Source: an uncultured Thermococci archaeon | GTDB taxonomy: Archaea; CAYQAE01; CAYVLA01 | Reading direction: 5' to 3' | Assembly: GCA_964549615.1 (NCBI GenBank) | Contig: CAZJVP010000030.1 | Coordinates: 1-64,000, forward strand | DNA length: 64,000 nt | Shown here: positions 58,620-64,000 of the stretch, one piece after another | Layout of the letters: each line of letters opens with the position of its first letter | Numbering within the stretch: the stretch's first letter is position 1 | The notes under the pieces: generated by a model | What the model was told of the DNA's origin: nothing | The model's database searches: none | The model's input: only the letters and a program-made list of their open reading frames with translations | Made by a program: the position numbers and the translations under genes

Positions 58620-61600
58620 TTGCCCAAGAGAGAGGATATCCACAAGATCCTCGTCATCGGATCCGGGCCGATTGTGATCGGACAAGCCGCCGAATAGGGA
58701 TTTCCCTCGGAATCGACTACTCCGGTTCACAGGCCTGCAGATCACTGCGCGAGGAGGGATACCATGTAGTCCTAGTGAACTCGAACCCAGCGACGATAAT
58801 GACGGACACCGACATGGCCGACGTTGTGTACATGGAACCGCTGGTGCCGGATATCGTCACGAAGATAATCGAAAAAGAGAGGCCCGACGGACTGCTGCCG
58901 ACGATGGGCGGCCAGACCGGGCTAAACCTTGCGGCCCAGCTCGGGATGCTGGGCGTGCTGGAGAAGTACGACGTCGAGCTTCTGGGAACGCCGCTTGAGA
59001 CGATCCAAGCAGCGGAGGACCGAGACAAGTTCAGGGCGTTGATGCTGGAGATAAACGAGGCGATACCGAGGAGCCGCGCGGTGGCCACCGTGGAGGAGGC
59101 CGTCTTCACGGCACAAGAGATCGGGTACCCTGTGATCGTGCGTCCCGCCTACACGCTCGGCGGAACCGGAGGGGGCATGGCCTATAATGAGACCGAGCTG
59201 CGGAAGATAGTGGATCGCGGCCTGCGCTCAAGCATAGTCAACCAGGTTCTCGTCGAACAGTCGGTGATCGGCTGGCAGGAGATAGAGTACGAAGTCATGC
59301 GCGACGCCGCCGACAACTGCAACATAGTGTGCTCCATGGAGAACGTCGATCCCATGGGCATACACACCGGCGACAGCATCGTCGTCGCGCCCGTTCAGAC
59401 GCTGAGCGACCCGGATCATCAGAAGCTTAGGACGGCCTCCATCAAGATAATCCGGGCGCTGAAGATCCAGGGCGGTTGCAACATACAATTCGCAATGAAC
59501 AAGGACACCGGGGAGTACTACGTCATCGAGGTCAACCCCAGGGTCTCCAGAAGTTCCGCCCTGGCCTCCAAGGCAACAGGTTACCCGATAGCAAGGATCG
59601 CCGCGAAGATTGCGGTGGGGATGACCCTTGACGAGATACCAAACAGGGTCACTCGCACGACGCCGGCCAGTTTCGAGCCGGCACTGGACTACATAGCGGT
59701 GAAGATCCCCAGGTGGCCGTTCGACAAGTTCCGCACCGCCGAGCGCCAGATCGGGACCCAAATGAAGGGAACGGGCGAGGTCATGAGCCTGGCGCGGACC
59801 TTCGAGGAGGCCTTCCAGAAAGCGATAAGAAGTCTGGACATCGGCAGGGCCGGCTTCGGCTGCGAGGCAAAGCAGGCCAACTTCGCCAAGGCGACGGAAG
59901 AGGAGCTTCTTGAGGAGCTGGCACGGCCGACGGATCAGAGGATCTTCTACATCCACGAGGCACTGCGGAGGGGATACTCGCCTGAGAGGATCTACCAGCT
60001 GACCAAGATCGACAGGTGGTTCCTGTACAAGCTCAAGAACCTTCTGCAGATCGAAAGGAGCTTGGTCCGACAGTCAGGAAAGAACACGATCTCACGGTCT
60101 CTGCTTCTCCGATCCAAACGGGCTGGCTTCTCAGACGCGCAGATTGCCTATGCCTTGGGCAAACGCGAGGACGAGGTCAGGAAGATGAGGAAGGAGAAGG
60201 GCGTACTACCATCCTACAAGATGGTTGATACCTGTGCGGCCGAGTTCGAGGCCAAGACGCCCTACTACTACTCGACGTACGAACCGAACTCAGACAAGGC
60301 CCTGATGACGACCGAAAGCCCCAAGAAGAAGGTCCTCATCATCGGCGGCGGACCGATAAGGATAGGCCAGGGCATAGAGTTCGACTACTGCACCGTCCAC
60401 GCCGTGACCACGCTGAAGGAGGAGGGACTGGAGGCAATAGTCATCAACAACAATCCTGAAACGGTCTCCACCGATTTCGACATCTCGGACAAGCTCTTCT
60501 TCGAGCCGCTCACATTTGAGGACGTCATGAACGTAGTTGACCTGGAGAAGCCCTGGGGGGTGATCGTCCAGTTCGGCGGCCAGACCCCCATAAACCTCGC
60601 CTCAAGGCTCGCGAAGGCGGGAGTCAACATCCTAGGCACGCCGGCCGAAAGCATTGACAGGGCCGAGGACCGCAGGTCGTTCACGAAGCTCCTAAGCAAG
60701 CTGAAGATCCCTCAAGCACCGTACGGCACGGCCATGGATCGCAAGGGCGCTCTCAGGGTCGCCCGGAGGATCGGGTTCCCCGTCCTGGTCAGGCCAAGCT
60801 TCGTCTTGGGCGGACGAGCGATGGAAATAGTCCACGACGAAGCGGAACTCAAAGAGTATGTGGACATAGCAGTATCCGTGTCGCCCGAGCACCCCATACT
60901 CATTGACAGATTCCTAGACAACGCGATCGAGCTGGACGTAGACGCCGTTGCCGACGGACGGGATGTCTTCATAGGCGCGATCATGGAGCACATAGAACAG
61001 GCAGGCGTCCACTCGGGCGACGCGGCAATGGTCATCCCAACGTGCTCGTTGGACAAGGAGACCATCGCCACGGTCGAGGAGTACACGAAGGCAATTGCCC
61101 TGGAGCTAAAGGTCGTCGGCCTGATTAACGTACAATACGCGGTGAGGAACGGGGTGGTCTATGTGCTGGAAGCAAACCCCAGGGCGTCCAGAACGATACC
61201 CTACGTGGCAAAGACGATGGGGATCCCGCTCGCCAAGATCGCGACCAAGTTGATGGTGGGCCATACGCTGAGGGAGCTTGGCCTAGTCGGCCGCCGGGAG
61301 ATCAAACACTTCTCTATCAAGGAATCTGTCTTCCCCTTCATCAAGCTCCCGGGAGTGGATCCCAAGTTAGGGCCCGAGATGAAGTCGACCGGCGAGGTCA
61401 TGGGGATCGATGATGACTTCGGCCTGGCGTTCTTCAAATCGCAGGTCGCGGCCGGCATGGCTCTTCCGACGTCGGGCAGGGTGCTGATCTCGGTCAAGAA
61501 GGAGGACTTCGCCGAGATCCCGGAGATCGCCAAGAAGTTCCACGAGCTTGGATTCGAGCTTTTGGCGACCGACGGCACGGCCGCAGCGATCCAGGCGAAG

Positions 61601-61897
61601 TACCCCAACATACCAATCAGGGTCGTTCGCAAGATATCCGAAGGGAGCACCGAGATACTAGAGATGATGTGGAGGCGCGAGATCGACATGATCATAAACA
61701 CGCCGACCAAGGGCGGCAGTGCCTTCAGGGATGGCTACAAAATCAGACGCCAAAGCGTCGACCTGTGCATCCCGTACGTGACCACCCTGGCCGGAGCTCG
61801 CGCCTCGGTTAGTGCCATCGAGAAGACCAAGAAAGGGGCTATCCATGTCGAGTCTCTGGCATCCTACCTGAAGGGGGTCCAGACCGTAGCGACCTAG
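58620..61897 (+). CDS. carB: Carbamoyl-phosphate synthase large subunit, join(58620..58695,58713..61897), 1086 aa after removing a 17-nt intron
   Basis: Exon 1 [25 protein letters not shown] plus exon 2 (F)[19 protein letters not shown]; duplicated ATP-grasp halves and MGS domain; spliced length 3261 nt = 1087 codons. Confidence 0.93.
58696..58712 (+). other. Candidate 17-nt BHB-type mRNA intron in carB
   Basis: AGCCG-CCGA-AT^A-GGGATTTCCC-TCGG-AA^T-CGACT: 4-bp helix CCGA/TCGG flanked by two 3-nt bulges; excision gives GAA TTC GAC (E-F-D). Confidence 0.85.
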
Positions 61898-63585
61898 CTG
61901 TGAGCGTACCTGAAAACCGGCGTGCCTGCGCGGCGGGAGTCGAGCCTGCAGAAGCCAAAGCGCACGAACTGCACGAGCGCCCCGATCTCAAGGCCCTCTA
62001 CCCCGGGGTCGGCAATTCCCATCACCCTGGATCCATCCGGCATGATCACCTCAACCTTGACGTTGGGAACGGAAACCCACTGGACCTTGGGGATCGAGGG
62101 CGAAAGATCGGGTTCCAGATGCTGAGCCGTCTCGCCCAAGAGCACGTTGCCCAGTTCCTTTAGCCTGACCTCCTGACCCTTGAAACGCCGAAAGTCTTCC
62201 CCGTCCACGAATATCGAATCCATCGAGACAGGTACTGGTCGCGATCCACGGTCCTCAAAGTCCGGGTGGAGCTTCAGCTTGACGGAATCGATCTTAGGTC
62301 CTCCTGCGACCGCCACCCTGACGGGATCCCTGACGAAGTTGTAGCGATTGGCGATGGGATCTATGAGACGACGGTTCTCGGCGTAGAGGCTTTCCACCGG
62401 GACTTGCACATCCGTAAGGGTCAGGCCACACGAAACGATGAAAGACCTGATCGCCTGGGGCTGGATCCCGCGTGCCCTCAACGACCCGATCGTCCAGGTC
62501 CTGGGGTCGTCCCAGCCCTCGTACTCGCCGGACTGTATCCTCCTCCTGCACTCCGAGCTGCTGATCTTGGCCCCTGCGATGCTGAGCATGCCGTGGTGGA
62601 CGATGACCGGCTCCGGCCAGCCGAGGAGCTTCCACATAAAGCGCTCCATCTTGTCCTCCATCATGAGGTCCTTGCCACGCAGGATGTGCGTGACCCCCAG
62701 CAGATGATCATCCACCGCCCACGAGAACTCAAGCATCGGCCACACCCTGTATTTGGTCCCGACCCTCGGATGGGGCCTTTCGCTGATCCTCAGAAGGACC
62801 CGGTCCCTGAAGGCCAGATCCGGATCCTTCATGTCCGTCTTCAGCCGCACGGTCGCCTCTCCCTCGGAGTAGTGCCCGGAGAGCATCCTGTTCCATTCTT
62901 CCAAGTTCGACCCGGGCGACCTTCCCCGACATGCACACTCCTTGCCGGCAGACCTATTTCTCCTCAGGTCCTCCGCCTTGCACGTACATACGTATGCCCA
63001 ACCCCTCTCGATGAACTGCCTAGCGTAGGAGTAGAAGAGCTCAAGCCTGTCCGATTTGTACACGGTCTGGTGGACCCGGATGCCCAGCCACTCCATGTCC
63101 CTAGGAAAGCTCTCGTACGCCTCCGCTATCGGTATCTTGTCAGCGGACCCTGCGGTATCATCCACCACCAAGATGAGTTTTCCCGAATATCGCTTCACAT
63201 ACTCGTCGTTGAGGATAGCCATCCGGGCCCTTCCAAGGTGTAGAGGGCCTGAGGGATAGGGCGCCAGCCGCATGACCACGCCTCCCTTCACGGCCCCGGG
63301 AAGGTCCGGCAACGTGTATCTGCCCTCCTCCCTGCGAAGCGTTGGCAGCTCGAGGGTGCTCAGTTCCTTCCTCTGTTCCTCCGGGCCCATCGCGTTGACC
63401 TGATCGACGATTTCGTTGACAAGCCTCGCCACCTCGCCAACGTTCGCCCGGGCCTCCGGCCTTGCCGAGAAGACGGCCCCTAGAACCGAGGATGGCCTTG
63501 CCTGCCCGCCGTGATCGAGCGCGTTCCGGAGCGCGAGCCCCCTAACAAGCTCCTGGAGCGATATCTCTCTCGCCATTTCACCCAT
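61894..63585 (-). CDS. gltX: Glutamate--tRNA ligase, archaeal type (start may be 63576)
   Basis: RLAPYPSGPLHLG, DDT, AYVCTC, FRDRV..RI...HP, WPM.EF..AVDDH..G.TH..RGKD, GWDDPR. Confidence 0.95.
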   Translation of the reverse strand: MGEMAREISLQELVRGLALRNALDHGGQARPSSVLGAVFSARPEARANVGEVARLVNEIVDQVNAMGPEEQRKELSTLELPTLRREEGRYTLPDLPGAVKGGVVMRLAPYPSGPLHLGRARMAILNDEYVKRYSGKLILVVDDTAGSADKIPIAEAYESFPRDMEWLGIRVHQTVYKSDRLELFYSYARQFIERGWAYVCTCKAEDLRRNRSAGKECACRGRSPGSNLEEWNRMLSGHYSEGEATVRLKTDMKDPDLAFRDRVLLRISERPHPRVGTKYRVWPMLEFSWAVDDHLLGVTHILRGKDLMMEDKMERFMWKLLGWPEPVIVHHGMLSIAGAKISSSECRRRIQSGEYEGWDDPRTWTIGSLRARGIQPQAIRSFIVSCGLTLTDVQVPVESLYAENRRLIDPIANRYNFVRDPVRVAVAGGPKIDSVKLKLHPDFEDRGSRPVPVSMDSIFVDGEDFRRFKGQEVRLKELGNVLLGETAQHLEPDLSPSIPKVQWVSVPNVKVEVIMPDGSRVMGIADPGVEGLEIGALVQFVRFGFCRLDSRRAGTPVFRYAHS

Positions 63586-63729
63586 CAGCTCCGGGATGCG
63601 CTATATATGTTGCTCCGCGGCCGGACGACTGCATTATTGCGCCGTGGCAAGGACCCTCGCATAACAGCACCTCACGGCCCTACATCGCGAAGAAACTTTT
63701 TTATCCATCAGGGGCCGGAAGGATCGCTG

Positions 63730-64000
63730 ATGCCGCTGGGGTTGGGCCGAAAGAAGGCGGAGGAAACCGAGCTCCGAGAGCTGACCGCGGGCGACATCTT
63801 GGCCAAGCTTGCCGATGTGACCGAACAGCTGCTCAAGGCCCGACAGGACTACCAAACGCTGCAGAGCATCTTCCTGAGGCTGGACGAACGAACGACGGCC
63901 GTGGACCAGATGACGTCTGAGATGAAGGCCCAGCTCGAGGAAATGAGGAATAGGGTTGCCGCGATGGAGATCGCGGTGAATGAGATGGGTTCCAAGCTCG
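63730..64000 (+). CDS. Coiled-coil protein, 3'-partial
   Basis: MPLGLGRKKAEETELRELTAGDILAKLADVTEQLLKARQDYQ... open to the window end; GAAACTTTTTATCC promoter-like box near 63692. Confidence 0.55.
   Translation, partial: MPLGLGRKKAEETELRELTAGDILAKLADVTEQLLKARQDYQTLQSIFLRLDERTTAVDQMTSEMKAQLEEMRNRVAAMEIAVNEMGSKL

Noticed and set aside
58695-58697. TAG in carB read through as pyrrolysine
   Set aside because: Read-through cannot restore the gene. The insertion is 17 nt, so downstream carB is in a different frame.
58692-58713. carB insertion as a transposon footprint with a GAAT direct repeat
   Set aside because: Removing the insert plus one GAAT copy (18 nt) gives GAA TCG ACT, out of frame and without the Phe. 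Only the BHB cut sites restore E-F-D.
58775-61897. ORF-track start of carB at 58775
   Set aside because: It omits the conserved N-terminus, which is present upstream with SD and TTG at 58620.
1-64000. Long antisense or alternate-frame ORFs (e.g. 12101-13255, 62266-63243); CRISPR arrays; rRNA
   Set aside because: The ORFs are shadows of well-supported genes in GC-rich DNA. I saw no repeat-spacer array or rRNA sequence.

Overview
High-GC archaeal chromosomal window, mostly housekeeping genes. These include dph5, archease, rtcB, a stand-alone mtrH-like gene, hom/thrC/aspartokinase, rfcL/rfcS, ahcY, priL, a complete A-type ATP synthase operon (order K-H-I-E-C-F-A-B-D), trkA, secD/secF, hppA, acs/satP, trmI, tatA/tatC, eno, pncB, carB and gltX. 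SecDF, the c-subunit type and the N-terminally extended AtpC look euryarchaeal, but the lineage cannot be fixed from this window. Accessory patches lie at about 1-7 kb and 23.8-31 kb, and a decayed IS481-like element flanked by ~15-bp direct repeats sits just upstream of the ATPase operon. The standout signal is RNA splicing. carB is interrupted at its conserved QAAE-F-DYSG motif by a 17-nt insertion (58696-58712) that folds into a canonical bulge-helix-bulge (BHB), and cutting at the standard BHB positions exactly restores GAA-TTC-GAC. This is a candidate tRNA-endonuclease-spliced mRNA micro-intron in a core metabolic gene. The window also holds a tRNA-Lys(CTT) with two non-canonical BHB introns, plus the RtcB ligase and archease. 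All calls come from reading motifs by eye; no searches were run. Several start codons were moved from the ORF track to more plausible positions.
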